Shown here: one piece after another, positions 18,701 to 27,788 of the stretch
Numbering within the stretch: position 1 is the first letter of the stretch
How the letters are laid out: each line of letters starts with the position of its first letter
Source of the DNA: a virus
IMG/VR virus record: IMGVR_UViG_3300031576_000036
Location: 3,148-67,147 of that record
Direction: 5' to 3' (one strand)
Length of the DNA: 64,000 nucleotides
Position numbers and translations under genes: made by a program
The notes under the pieces: generated by a model
The model's database searches: none
Told to the model about the DNA's origin: nothing
What the model saw: the letters and a program-made list of their open reading frames with translations, nothing else

Positions 18701-19563
18701 CGGCTGGCTTCGAGGTCGCAGCAAATGCGAAACAAGTCGGACAATGTATGGATGAGCTTCTACGGCGAGCAAGTGTTAATGATAGAGTTCCCCAGTCCAT
18801 TTACGGAAAGTTGGACGAGACGGTTGGTGCGCGATTGGGGAATGACTGGCGAGCAGATAATAGAACAGGCGAAGGCTGCGGCGAAAAAGGGCACGAAGAA
18901 TTGGCGAGGGCGACAGGATCGTTTAATAAAGTTCGGGTATATGACATCCTTAATTCGGGACCCAGACACCGGTTCACTGTTAGCGGCAAGCTAGTGTCTA
19001 ATTGTTTGCTTGGAATACAACTCGGCCTCGGCGCTAGAAAGCTGTTCGACCTCAATCGTGGCAGCTTCGACAATCAAAAAGAAGCTCAGGATGTTATTGA
19101 TTTGATCAAGCGTATCTACCCGAACATTCCTAAGTGGCAACAACATATTAAGGACCTCGCGCACCGGCAAGGGTTCTTGGCGCACAGGTATGGCGGAATC
19201 CGGTGGTTCTGGAATGTGCAGCGGTGGGACGCTAAGAATGGACGGATGACTGCGGGAGATGATGCAGAGAGGGCGCTGGCATATCCGGTTCAGGGAGATG
19301 CTTTTGGGAAGATGAGAGAGGCTATGTTGGACTTGGAGATTGAAGGATTAGCGGAGAAGTACAGACTTAATAATAACTTGCACGATGCGCTGTACTTCGA
19401 CTGTCCTAACGAATACTTGGAGGAAGCCATTTCCAAGATCAAGGAAATTATGGAGCGCCCAGCGAGGAAGCTAGTGAATAAGACGTTTCCAGACGGGTTA
19501 GTAATTGGGGTAGAGATTAACGTGGGGCCGAATCTTGGAGAGTTGAAGGAGGTCAAACTATGA
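15769..19563 (+). CDS. polA: DNA polymerase family A with N-terminal family-4 uracil-DNA glycosylase domain and 3'-5' exonuclease; intein-containing
   Basis: UDG: CEGC, VGEAAG, NVINCRP, TYHPS; Exo I AYDIET, Exo II QNGWRFD, Exo III YAGAD; motif A AADYS, motif B split by the intein, motif C LHDAL. Confidence 0.93.
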   Translation: MAITQQPKSCEGCALSGISKGFMSPEGKGSLGVLLVGEAAGEHEMRDSLPFRPQAQAGSVLERAIKRMGLSREQFVISNVINCRPKDNKLEGEWYEQAAIEHCKRNLGGVVERFAPRAIVALGNIPLRALTGTAGPGRTVTALRGYCLPATTYTATEGKPIPVIPTYHPSFISRGNEHLLGVLMHDLGKAIKVASGKLVEGSHFLYDPLGDDSDKLKYYYPVPSEKVDELLEAASDPNALIAYDIETAFTGKGKGEDEYEMIEGDEIVQIQFSLRPGEACIFPWSDAVRELSRKILGGCARKVSQNGWRFDQVKLRAEGVRVAGEDIDVMTAFHHLQPDLPADLQFIASMFGFPFPWKHLGTKDLTYAGADVDALQRIMQKLPEDMRKRGVWDSYVEMVLGLQPILEGMQTRGIRLDLEAREQFRVEIEEQKKVVNTQLQAEVPEVVKPRKVYKDWPDECKEYLSAVKEANIIIGKKGGKRLPVVTMGVATADHHIALTIEQRRDLVEQLGKQWRYDNGSLHRVDLFLPNSTAHLKKLIVHFGEKVPKNLDDDDTTARPELEKLIEKLHKEADKLKAKKRPTDDDLVKIEQKLSLVKLIEQSIEYRQLNKIGSTYIEGWQPDSNGLVHTTYTFSPASWQLAAIRPNVMNAPVHSELAKKFKKLQVASSGCTLIAADYSACHLKTLAFEAEDISYYRMACIDGHSTVAALMLKLVSPEKLFSMEDGELRDYFKWLKSDKDRLRVRNKQAKPCIAEGELVLTQRGLVPIQAVSIDDRLWDGVEWVSHGGVVCLGEKEIIEYDGLKATPDHEVYTACKRKVSLREAASGSLRLERSGDDWKAIRTDGCYISDDQTGAKGRQQSARETIASLPMSGLWREGLDRSLLAKNHQGEGLQEVRRLGKSDSSLQENWSALRRHSSSLLQSDQSSFSSLRWAGDQMQLQLTRALHQMDSGEPAARELQRSGNRSNRQRRALRAWELAAGFEVAANAKQVGQCMDELLRRASVNDRVPQSIYGKLDETVGARLGNDWRADNRTGEGCGEKGHEELARATGSFNKVRVYDILNSGPRHRFTVSGKLVSNCLLGIQLGLGARKLFDLNRGSFDNQKEAQDVIDLIKRIYPNIPKWQQHIKDLAHRQGFLAHRYGGIRWFWNVQRWDAKNGRMTAGDDAERALAYPVQGDAFGKMREAMLDLEIEGLAEKYRLNNNLHDALYFDCPNEYLEEAISKIKEIMERPARKLVNKTFPDGLVIGVEINVGPNLGELKEVKL
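18019..19002 (+). mobile_element. intein (328 aa) inserted in PolA motif B
   Basis: block A CIAEGELVLT, block B ATPDHEV, block F VRVYDIL...HRF, C-terminal VSN then +1 Cys; removal restores QAKP/CLLGIQLG. Confidence 0.9.
18164..18994 (+). CDS. HNH endonuclease nested in the +1 frame within the intein
   Basis: AAGGAG RBS at 18148-18153; GKRFGQMVVI, CQCQVCG, GCRKC, RCYNPTNPAFHRYGGRGI, IDRIDNDGHYEPGNLRLASRSQQMRN; start codon could be further downstream. Confidence 0.85.
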   Translation: MTDSKLRQITKSTPPASGRYRSGKQHRDHLGSKDQEMIGKRFGQMVVISATIKRVPRGGSNRRERLLHHCQCQVCGAKAWIDRCWLRTIKEKGCRKCADLANQIPHSKKIGRRYDAIVARCYNPTNPAFHRYGGRGIKCNFNSREHFTRWIVENLPHENYNGVEIDRIDNDGHYEPGNLRLASRSQQMRNKSDNVWMSFYGEQVLMIEFPSPFTESWTRRLVRDWGMTGEQIIEQAKAAAKKGTKNWRGRQDRLIKFGYMTSLIRDPDTGSLLAAS

Positions 19564-19769
19564 ACACCAAAGGAAGCAAACTCGACAACGCTCGTGAGTT
19601 CATCCGGCGCGGAATGGAACTAGGAGGCAAAACCCTAGACGCATCTGCGCGGGAAGCCCTAAAAGTTTTCACGCCGTATCTAGTAGCAATCGTGGTAGCC
19701 GAGAAGGAAGCCGCTTCCCTGACTGCCAAACTCGAAACCAAATCGGTGCCAGAAAAGGCTGATAACTAA
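19560..19769 (+). CDS. small hypothetical protein
   Basis: GGAGG RBS, ATGA overlap with polA. Confidence 0.65.
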   Translation: MNTKGSKLDNAREFIRRGMELGGKTLDASAREALKVFTPYLVAIVVAEKEAASLTAKLETKSVPEKADN

Positions 19770-19770
19770 A

Positions 19771-20010
19771 ATGGCTAACAACGGAACCAACAACTATTCC
19801 GACAATGAAGGCAACGGCGAAGGCGGAAACAATACTCTAATGTGGGTAGTGACTATTGTATTGAGCGTGTTGGCAATCTGGGGCATCTGGGTGTTCAGCG
19901 GATGGCTTTTGGATTTGGACAGCCAACCCAAGCAACCTCCCGGCTCCACTCCAATAAGCACTCCCAACAACAGCCCTCGACCTTACGGAACCTCGGAGAG
20001 GCTACGCTAA
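19771..20010 (+). CDS. small membrane protein
   Basis: single TM segment LMWVVTIVLSVLAIWGIWVFSGWLL. Confidence 0.6.
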   Translation: MANNGTNNYSDNEGNGEGGNNTLMWVVTIVLSVLAIWGIWVFSGWLLDLDSQPKQPPGSTPISTPNNSPRPYGTSERLR

Positions 20011-20014
20011 GGAA

Positions 20015-20332
20015 ATGAAACCCATAACCATCACAATTTCCAACTACAACTGCCTTGTCTGCGGCGAACTCTACGAAACTTCCTACCTCGCTCGGCAGTG
20101 CCACGAGCAACTCACGGCGGTAGTCAACCTCACGTATCATTGCGGTAGGTGTGGGGTAGGGTTCACGACTGAGATAGGAGCGATTAGGTGTGGGAGTTGC
20201 GCAGGGGAGGTAAGGATGAAACACGAGCAAAAGATAAAGTTGGCGAATAAGGTCCTGTTTTGGCTATTCATTGCCCTAGTGGGAACGGTGGTTATCATTG
20301 CCATTGTCAAGGCCGGCGAACTGTTGCTATGA
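20015..20332 (+). CDS. Cys-rich protein with C-terminal TM segment
   Basis: CLVC, CGRC, CGSC motifs; hydrophobic C-terminus. Confidence 0.5.
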   Translation: MKPITITISNYNCLVCGELYETSYLARQCHEQLTAVVNLTYHCGRCGVGFTTEIGAIRCGSCAGEVRMKHEQKIKLANKVLFWLFIALVGTVVIIAIVKAGELLL

Positions 20333-20615
20333 GCTTACACGCTACAAAAGAAAGCCGTTCACTTTCTCTCGATTGCAAACGGCTTTTTCCCACTTTGATA
20401 GGTACACACATTTTGTGCCCGCAAACCTTCTTTCGCCCTAATTGGTTTACGTTAGATTGCTCGTCTTCTCTCCCTATCACCCTCGGCATCCCTTTGCGCA
20501 GGGCAATGTGGGTAGCCATTGTTCGTGAATGACGATCTTTTGTGTTTGTGCCAAAGAACCAATGCTCAGCGCGCGCTGAGCATAGAGAAATACTACTGCA
20601 ACCCAGCAAGAGAGG

Positions 20616-23600
20616 TCAAGGCTTTACGGTTGCCGATGGCGCAAGTTGTTTTGCTTCTTCCTCAAGCGACGGCTTGCCTTGTCGTTTGCGTTTGCGGTTT
20701 TCGACGTTGCGCTCTTCGCGGGTGAACTCTCGCAGAATCTCCGCCTTGAGCAGCGCGTCTGGAAACTCCGCCATTGCCGCTTCGCGCACGTCCGGGTAGT
20801 ACGCAGGGAAGATAACGTCTATGAGGATTTGTCGGCGATCCTCAGCAGTTTTGGAAGTGAAATTGCTGTCAGCAGCGAGAGCGTCTACAACTCCCGGCAT
20901 AAATTTGCCGAGTTCTCTCGCTATCACCCGGTCAACTCGCGGGTCGCCAACCTTCGGTACAACGTCATTCCAGCGAACGCCGAGGGTTTCCATTTCCTTT
21001 TCGAGATAGTTGCGCTCTTCAACGAAGGGGATTCCGGTTAGTTGGCGAACGAGAGGCATTGACCGGGAGGGGGCCTGAGTGCGCGTGGGGACTTCTTTTT
21101 CCGGGAGGGATTGTTTCCAATAAGGAACTCTATTCTGTAGTTGGTTGCGGAAGCCGCTTCCAAACCCCTCTCCCTCCAAGTCTCGCTGTTTGTGCTCCTC
21201 CACGCTCCAAAACAACGCTAGGTCGGAAACTTGCTTCAAGGGAGTTAGGAATCCCGCTGTGATCGCGCCGAGGTACTGCCCGGCGAGCTTATCAGACTTA
21301 GCTTCTTTCTCAGCATTGCCAATCCCCGCAATGGCATTCGTCACTATGTCCGCTTGCTGTTCCATCCCACGCAAGCCGAAACCGAACGCCTCTGCTCCCT
21401 CACGCGCGGTCAATGCTCCAAGTCCGCGTTTGTTTCTCTCCAATAAGTCCGCAACGTAGAATGCTGGGGCGAACGGAGTAAAGCGAACGTCCAGGTTTTT
21501 CCCTCCGACTTTAACTTCGTTCCACTTTTCTCCAGCGGAGAACGGTGCGACTTTCGAGAGAGGCTTACCGAGGAGCTTGCGAGGATACTTTGCAAATCGG
21601 GACTCCTCATCCTCAGTCATCTGCGAGCCTTGTTGCTCGTAGAAGCTGTGGCGCATCTGGGACGCCAGGCCGAAGATCGCGGTTCCCATCAGCGACTTCC
21701 AAAATACCCCCATATCCCCCTTAGCGACGTTCGCTCTTTCCTTTGCCGACATCAACGAGAGAACGCCTAGGGGAGAGTATTCATACTGAAATCGGAGGAA
21801 GTTGTTGATGAGGAAGTTCGGAAAGGGAATGACTCCGAGCTTGAACGCGGCTCCCACCTTGCCTTTGAGAACTTTGTTGACGAGATCGCCCTTGCTTCCC
21901 TTTTCAGGTCTGCGACCAAACGTGATGCGAAGGGCTTCATCAGCAGCGCGAGTCACAATCTCCACAGGGAGTTCCGCTGCTCTACCTTCTTTGATCAACC
22001 CCCCTAAATCTATGCCTCCCTCCATAGCATAACGTCGTAACTTAGCCTCAAAGATCGCCCTACGGGAAATTTGCTCTTGCGCTCGGTTCGCCCAAGTTAG
22101 CGTGTGAACGACATTTTCGGCCTGGATGAAGCCCTTGGTGACGAGGGATTGTGAGCGGTCATATCTCGCTTGGGCTTTGGTGATGGCGTCTAGTAGCTTT
22201 TGCTTTTTCGGAGCGTCGTTGGGCATCGCGCTGGCTTCCGACTTCCAACGAGAGAGAAGTTGCGGAGTGGTTTCCCCAACGGCAGCGGGGGATTCCAGGT
22301 CCGCATTGAGAATCTGGAAAAGCTTATAGTCAACTTCTTCCGGGAAAGCCTTTGCCATTTGGTCTACGAGGTTGGAAACCTTGCCGACGTTTTGCTTGTA
22401 GTTGCTGGAACGGAGAGAGTTAATAGCTTCCCCAAAGAGGTTTATGAAAGGACGGATGGCAAGCGTGGGAGAGAGGGCGTTGCGGTTGTCAAAGCGTTTT
22501 GCGCCGAGAATATTTTGAACGGCGGAGTCGAATAGCTGTCCGAGGGAGTCCATCCCCGTGACGATCCCAGTCGCTAAGAGATTTCGTTGCGCAGTTTCAA
22601 AAGCCGACACCAAGAGTCCCTGGTAAACGGTTGAAAGCCTGTCCCAATTGCTGCGCTCGCGGAACATTCCGTTGAGTTCGGTTAGGGAGGGGAGTTGCTC
22701 GGAAATGGCTTCCGCGAGTCGAGGATTCACCTTAGCGAGATCGTTCACCATTCGGCGGATGTGGGAGAGGTAAGCGAGTTCCGCAGCAGAGGTAGAAACG
22801 TCTTGACGGAGCTTGTCTAGGAACTGAGTAGCGTCTATTCCCTCACGCTCGAAAATTTCGTTGAATTGAGAGAGCGGAATTCGTTTCTCCTTGGCCATCC
22901 GCACCAATTGGGTAATTACGAGTTCGTTCGGATCGAGTTCGTAGCCCTCAGCGGCAACCGCGTCTTTCGCTGCTTTAAAGAACTGCTTAGCGACGCCTTT
23001 GGCGTTGGTGATTTCTTCCAGATAGGGAACGTCAGGATCAACCCTGTACGAAAGGTCTAGAGTCTGCAACCGCTGGCGCGCGGGGATTGCTTCTTGGCGT
23101 TTGCGTTCAGCGACAGCTTCGGCTTCGGCGAGCTTGAATTGCCTGCGCGCGTGTTGGGATTCTTCGAGGGTTTGCTTGCGGCTCTCCCGAACCGCGTTGA
23201 TTCGCGCGTCAAGCTCAGCTAGGCGCTCTGGGTTGAGGTAGCCGGATTCCTTACGCAGGTCTTCAAGTCTGCGTAACTCTTTGCGAGTTTCCGTTCGGGC
23301 TTGTTTGGAGAGGTCGTATGCGCGGGCGGTGGTTTCTAAGGACGCAGAAGTTTCGTTCGCGGAAGTCGCTTCCCTCACGCTCTCATCTATGACATCACGG
23401 GCTTGTTGCTGCGCTTCGGGCGTGGGAGCGCCGCGCTTGAACCCCTTGAACAACTGCTTCCACATCTGGGGGTCGAATATGGGGTTGGCAAACAACTTCT
23501 GCCCTTCGTAGCGCACTGATGCTCGGAGCTTCGGAGGGAGGTCGAGGTAGTGTACTTCCGCTTCGCCATAGGCTGCTCCCCTTGATTCGTCACTTAATAT

Positions 23601-26384
23601 CAAGGACTCTCTTGCGGCTTCCGCATCCCCACGCCTTGAATATGGGCCATATTCTTCCCCGTCAATTCCCGCCGAATCTTGCACTACATAGTCCGTCGTG
23701 CCGTCAGTGCGAGCCACTTCTATAATTCTGTAGTTCGGAGTTGGCGGACGCTCACCAGCGTTGATAGTCGTCCTACCGTAAGTCCCTCCGAATTTCTTCG
23801 CCACCCCCCTGGCGAACTGCGGCAACTTCTCATCGTAGAGAAGCTTGTGAATTTGTCCGCCGATGGAGAGGTCGTTTCCTGTTATTGTCCCAGTAGGAAA
23901 GAATCCATCCCCCTTCCAATCTCTTGCGCCTGTTGTAATCTGCTCAGCGATTCTTGGCCCTACAACCTCAGATAAGCGTTCGAGGGTTAGGTCTTGGAGT
24001 TCGTTGAGGGTTTGGGCGTTCCCGTCTTTGATTACTGTAAGATCGAAGGAGCCATTGTCATTTTGCGCCCAATCTATAGAATCAACATTCTGCCTCAGCG
24101 CATCTTCATAAAGGTCAATCTGTTGCTTCCCAGTGGGCCACACGATCCGACTGTACCCATTGTCGCTCGCCCAGCGGAGCATCCGTTTGAAGGCGAGTTC
24201 GTGCCAATTGGATTTGAAGGGGGCGTTGGGAATACTAGCTGCGCGCAATCGCTGTTGTTCGTCAGTTAGGGCATCCAGCCTCGTATCAAGTTCGATTATC
24301 TGTTCAGGAGTTAAATCGTCCCACCGAAGCGCACGTTGGTTGCGAATGTCTCGCTTTCGCTGGGCGAGCGCCTCCAACTGCGCATCTGCATCCGCAGGTT
24401 TATAGCCCTTCTCCCTCCCCTGCTGCATCCAATCTGATTGAATCTCCTGCAACCGTAACACTTTATTCCCTTGCGCGTCTTTGCCTTCGTCAAAGCGAAC
24501 GTGGGCGAGGATGTTGGGTTCGGAGAAGTGGCTAGAGCTAAACTGTGCATCCTGCGCTGCCCTATTACTAGCCATCCTCGTGGCTTCAGCGCGATCCGCC
24601 GCACTCAGTACTTCGTAGGGCCTGCCAAATGCTCTATCGGCAACCTTATCAAGTGTCTGTATGGAGAGTTCTTGAAAAGGCTTCAGTGGAAGCGTCAACA
24701 ACAACTCCCGATACGTCCCCGGCTCCCCGCCTTGCAACGCTTTCCAGGATTCAAACTTCGTCTGCGACGTTCGCTGCGCAAACGTCTGCCCACTTTCCAA
24801 GTGCATAAGCTCGGTGCCAAGCTCGTGCAGTTCAAACTCAGCGTCATTAAGCGCAGCTTTAGCCGCAATTGCGTTTTCTTGCGACCCAAACTCAAGCGCA
24901 TACCGTGCGCGCTCGCGCAAGATGTCCACATCTCGACGTTGGGAATCGAGAGCTACAGTCAAGTCTGCAATTCTCTTTGTAGTCTTTGGATCGTTGGTTG
25001 GTTGGCCAAGAACCTTCTCTTCCACTCTCACTTGGTTATCCCGGATCGTCTGCAACAACTCGTCGCGTCTTACTGTCTTCCCGCGAATGGCTTTCATCGC
25101 TAGCAACTCGGCCAACCCAGACCATTCGTATTCCTCTGCCTTAATCCCGTACTTAGGATCGCGCAACATTCCCATTGCTTGGTCCGCAGTTAGCTTCTTG
25201 GGGAACTTTTGGGTTACAACTTGCTCAAGCGCCGAATAATACCAGTTGACCGGATCACGACTTACCTCGTCTATCGGCAGGGGGATGCCGGAGAACAGTC
25301 CTGCTTGCTCACCAAATACAATTGCTGTGCGCTTGTCAGGAAGCTCCCCCCAAGAGAACGAACCCTTGGGAAAGAGTCCTTCCGGAATCAGCGGACGGTT
25401 CGCCTCTGTCCCAGTGGGCATAACCATATCCAAAGCGGCGTTAGCCAGCGAGGATTTTATGACGTTCTCAGGCGTGAGCGGTCGCCCTTCGAGAGGAGCG
25501 TCCACCATCTCTTGCCCAGCGCCGCCGAGGGCCTGCATCCCTACCCTCGCTGGTCCCATCGGCATTTGGTTCAGTCGCTTGAACAGACGCCCTTCTACTG
25601 CTCCTACGAGTCCACGAGTTGCGAGTTCCTTGGGGTCAGTGATCCCCTCAGCGCGAGCGGTGGCCATCTTTTGAAACGCGAACGCCATCGTTGGAGACTT
25701 GAATAGCATCATCGGCGCGAGTTGGCCAGGGAGCGCGGCGGCGAATTCGGAAGTGGCTTCCAACGGCGAAACCGAGAGAGGGTTAAGGTGCATCTGCGCG
25801 GACGACAACGCGCTTGCCTCTTCTCGTGATCTTCCGATAAGCCAATCTCCGAGCTTATTCAACACCGACTGTTCCCGCTGCCACGTTTGCGCTCCTCTGA
25901 TCAAATCTCCATCCGCCTCTAACATCGAAAGAAATTGAACTTCGCTTTTATCAAACGATCTCCCTATGTCATCAAGTAGGTAAGCCGCGCCTGCTAGTGT
26001 TCTGCCCAGCGCCGCCGCTCCGGCCTGCTGGCCACGCTCGATTGCTCCGAGAATGCCGGAGTCCTCGCCTGCGATGGCTTTTTCCATCACCCCGATTTCC
26101 GCTGGGGTTTGGGGACGCATAACAGCCGCCACGTCCGCTATGGTTCTGGGCCTGAGTTGGCGTTGGGTAATCACGTCTCCAGGGGTCAACGTGTGCCCCA
26201 TTGCGCCTGTGCGCGTTTGTAACAATGGTCGCACGGGAGGGGTAAGAAATTGTTGTCGCCGCCCAAGTCCTGTTTCAATAGCAGTTGTAACACTTGGGGG
26301 GAGGGGGGTTCCGGTCGGAGGCGCAACGACGTACTTAGCGGGATCAAAAGGTCTGGCTGGACGTTTGCGTTTTTGCGGCGGCAT
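20616..26384 (-). CDS. large internal virion/ejection protein (polyvalent-type)
   Basis: 1922 aa, mostly helical, last gene of the morphogenesis arm; contains SHFSEPNILAHVRF...LQEIQSDWMQQGR module. Confidence 0.7.
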   Translation of the reverse strand: MPPQKRKRPARPFDPAKYVVAPPTGTPLPPSVTTAIETGLGRRQQFLTPPVRPLLQTRTGAMGHTLTPGDVITQRQLRPRTIADVAAVMRPQTPAEIGVMEKAIAGEDSGILGAIERGQQAGAAALGRTLAGAAYLLDDIGRSFDKSEVQFLSMLEADGDLIRGAQTWQREQSVLNKLGDWLIGRSREEASALSSAQMHLNPLSVSPLEATSEFAAALPGQLAPMMLFKSPTMAFAFQKMATARAEGITDPKELATRGLVGAVEGRLFKRLNQMPMGPARVGMQALGGAGQEMVDAPLEGRPLTPENVIKSSLANAALDMVMPTGTEANRPLIPEGLFPKGSFSWGELPDKRTAIVFGEQAGLFSGIPLPIDEVSRDPVNWYYSALEQVVTQKFPKKLTADQAMGMLRDPKYGIKAEEYEWSGLAELLAMKAIRGKTVRRDELLQTIRDNQVRVEEKVLGQPTNDPKTTKRIADLTVALDSQRRDVDILRERARYALEFGSQENAIAAKAALNDAEFELHELGTELMHLESGQTFAQRTSQTKFESWKALQGGEPGTYRELLLTLPLKPFQELSIQTLDKVADRAFGRPYEVLSAADRAEATRMASNRAAQDAQFSSSHFSEPNILAHVRFDEGKDAQGNKVLRLQEIQSDWMQQGREKGYKPADADAQLEALAQRKRDIRNQRALRWDDLTPEQIIELDTRLDALTDEQQRLRAASIPNAPFKSNWHELAFKRMLRWASDNGYSRIVWPTGKQQIDLYEDALRQNVDSIDWAQNDNGSFDLTVIKDGNAQTLNELQDLTLERLSEVVGPRIAEQITTGARDWKGDGFFPTGTITGNDLSIGGQIHKLLYDEKLPQFARGVAKKFGGTYGRTTINAGERPPTPNYRIIEVARTDGTTDYVVQDSAGIDGEEYGPYSRRGDAEAARESLILSDESRGAAYGEAEVHYLDLPPKLRASVRYEGQKLFANPIFDPQMWKQLFKGFKRGAPTPEAQQQARDVIDESVREATSANETSASLETTARAYDLSKQARTETRKELRRLEDLRKESGYLNPERLAELDARINAVRESRKQTLEESQHARRQFKLAEAEAVAERKRQEAIPARQRLQTLDLSYRVDPDVPYLEEITNAKGVAKQFFKAAKDAVAAEGYELDPNELVITQLVRMAKEKRIPLSQFNEIFEREGIDATQFLDKLRQDVSTSAAELAYLSHIRRMVNDLAKVNPRLAEAISEQLPSLTELNGMFRERSNWDRLSTVYQGLLVSAFETAQRNLLATGIVTGMDSLGQLFDSAVQNILGAKRFDNRNALSPTLAIRPFINLFGEAINSLRSSNYKQNVGKVSNLVDQMAKAFPEEVDYKLFQILNADLESPAAVGETTPQLLSRWKSEASAMPNDAPKKQKLLDAITKAQARYDRSQSLVTKGFIQAENVVHTLTWANRAQEQISRRAIFEAKLRRYAMEGGIDLGGLIKEGRAAELPVEIVTRAADEALRITFGRRPEKGSKGDLVNKVLKGKVGAAFKLGVIPFPNFLINNFLRFQYEYSPLGVLSLMSAKERANVAKGDMGVFWKSLMGTAIFGLASQMRHSFYEQQGSQMTEDEESRFAKYPRKLLGKPLSKVAPFSAGEKWNEVKVGGKNLDVRFTPFAPAFYVADLLERNKRGLGALTAREGAEAFGFGLRGMEQQADIVTNAIAGIGNAEKEAKSDKLAGQYLGAITAGFLTPLKQVSDLALFWSVEEHKQRDLEGEGFGSGFRNQLQNRVPYWKQSLPEKEVPTRTQAPSRSMPLVRQLTGIPFVEERNYLEKEMETLGVRWNDVVPKVGDPRVDRVIARELGKFMPGVVDALAADSNFTSKTAEDRRQILIDVIFPAYYPDVREAAMAEFPDALLKAEILREFTREERNVENRKRKRQGKPSLEEEAKQLAPSATVKP

Positions 26385-26393
26385 TTTTAGTAG

Positions 26394-27764
26394 CTACCTC
26401 CGGGGCTGCACAGGGATAGTGAGCGGGGGGATTGTGGGGAAGCGACGGTTGGTATTGCCCACTCCCGGAGAGGTGCCCGCGCGCGGCAATGACCCCTCGC
26501 GGATGTTGAGGTATGGCCAGGGACGCCCGCTGTCGTCGGAGGTTCCCGATCCGCCTTCGAGGAAGTCCGGGAACACCTTAGCTGCTTCGGTTGCCTTGGC
26601 TGTCGCCGCTGCATACGCGCTCTCAAACTCCCGTTGCAACTCAAGCTTTCTTCGTTGCCAACTCGGAGCGCCTTTCACAGCCGAAGGGGTGTCTTCGTAA
26701 GTCTGAAGCGCAAGGGACGCAGCCTCCGCCTTTGCCTTTAGCTCGTCGAATTCCTGTTTGTATTTGATGGCTTGGGTGCGATTTTGCTGGAAGTTTGTGA
26801 GGGACTGCCCTGCTGTGAGTCCTCCGGTTTCCGCAGCGGTCGCGGCTTGCTGACCATAGTATTGGGCTTGGGCTTTATTCTTTTCCGCAGCCGCTTCCAA
26901 GTTACCGATCTGCGCAGAGCCATAGCGCATCGTCTGGCCCCCAGCGGCGTTGTAGAAGGGGATTTGGTTTTCGACCGGCATTGACCAAAATTGCTCAGGG
27001 GTTATACCCGCCTGCGCCGCCGCAGCTAGCACCTTTCCCATCAGCCCCTTAGACATTGCTTCTTTGGCGAGGGCGGATTTTGTTTGTGCGCGTTGCTGTT
27101 CGATCAGTTGTTTCTCAGTGGAGATTTGACCGAGAGGGACTTTGCGGGTCTGTCCTAACTTCTCATCCATTTGTACGAGGAAGTCATTTCCTTCTGCATC
27201 CTGGTATACCTGTGGGAGGGTTTTCCACTTTCCCTGCTGTCCCTGCTGTCCCTGCTGTCCCTGTGATGAAAACTCCAGTATTCCTGGTCGAGGAACTCGC
27301 GCAGTGGGCGCAACTGCCCTCGCCATCCCCGCATATACTGTCGCCGCCGGACTCACGGCTTCTGTTACCCCTCGTGGGATGTTGCCAATGGATTCCCTGG
27401 ATGGCGCGGGGAGAGATGGTGGTTGAGGGACCGCCGGACGCTCTTGCGCAATGTCATCGTTTGGGGGCAGGATGCCCTTGAGTCGGGTCCACAGATCGTC
27501 AACATACTTTGTACTTGCTACTCCTGTTCCAAACAATGAATCTGACCAATGCTTTTTGCTCGGTTTGCTGCCGAGAATGTCAAGAGCCATCCGAGTAACA
27601 ATGGGCATATTGTGCTCAGTTGCCGGGATGGTCTGAAGCCACTTGAGCGCGTTCTGTCGAGACTCGTTCTCCATCTCGGACTCTTCTTGGCGACGGCGTT
27701 GGATGTTGCCAATGAGTCCTCCGAGAACTCCTTGACCAAATGATGAATATCGTGGGTCCGGCAT
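26394..27764 (-). CDS. putative internal virion/ejection protein
   Basis: Q/A/G-rich helical protein between pilot-like and large internal protein genes. Confidence 0.6.
   Translation of the reverse strand: MPDPRYSSFGQGVLGGLIGNIQRRRQEESEMENESRQNALKWLQTIPATEHNMPIVTRMALDILGSKPSKKHWSDSLFGTGVASTKYVDDLWTRLKGILPPNDDIAQERPAVPQPPSLPAPSRESIGNIPRGVTEAVSPAATVYAGMARAVAPTARVPRPGILEFSSQGQQGQQGQQGKWKTLPQVYQDAEGNDFLVQMDEKLGQTRKVPLGQISTEKQLIEQQRAQTKSALAKEAMSKGLMGKVLAAAAQAGITPEQFWSMPVENQIPFYNAAGGQTMRYGSAQIGNLEAAAEKNKAQAQYYGQQAATAAETGGLTAGQSLTNFQQNRTQAIKYKQEFDELKAKAEAASLALQTYEDTPSAVKGAPSWQRRKLELQREFESAYAAATAKATEAAKVFPDFLEGGSGTSDDSGRPWPYLNIREGSLPRAGTSPGVGNTNRRFPTIPPLTIPVQPRR
27231..27263. repeat. 9-bp tandem repeat (CCCTGCTGT)x3 encoding QGQ repeats
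   Basis: directly visible tandem copies. Confidence 0.7.
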
Positions 27765-27788
27765 TTTAGGCTCGCTCTCCTTCTTTGG

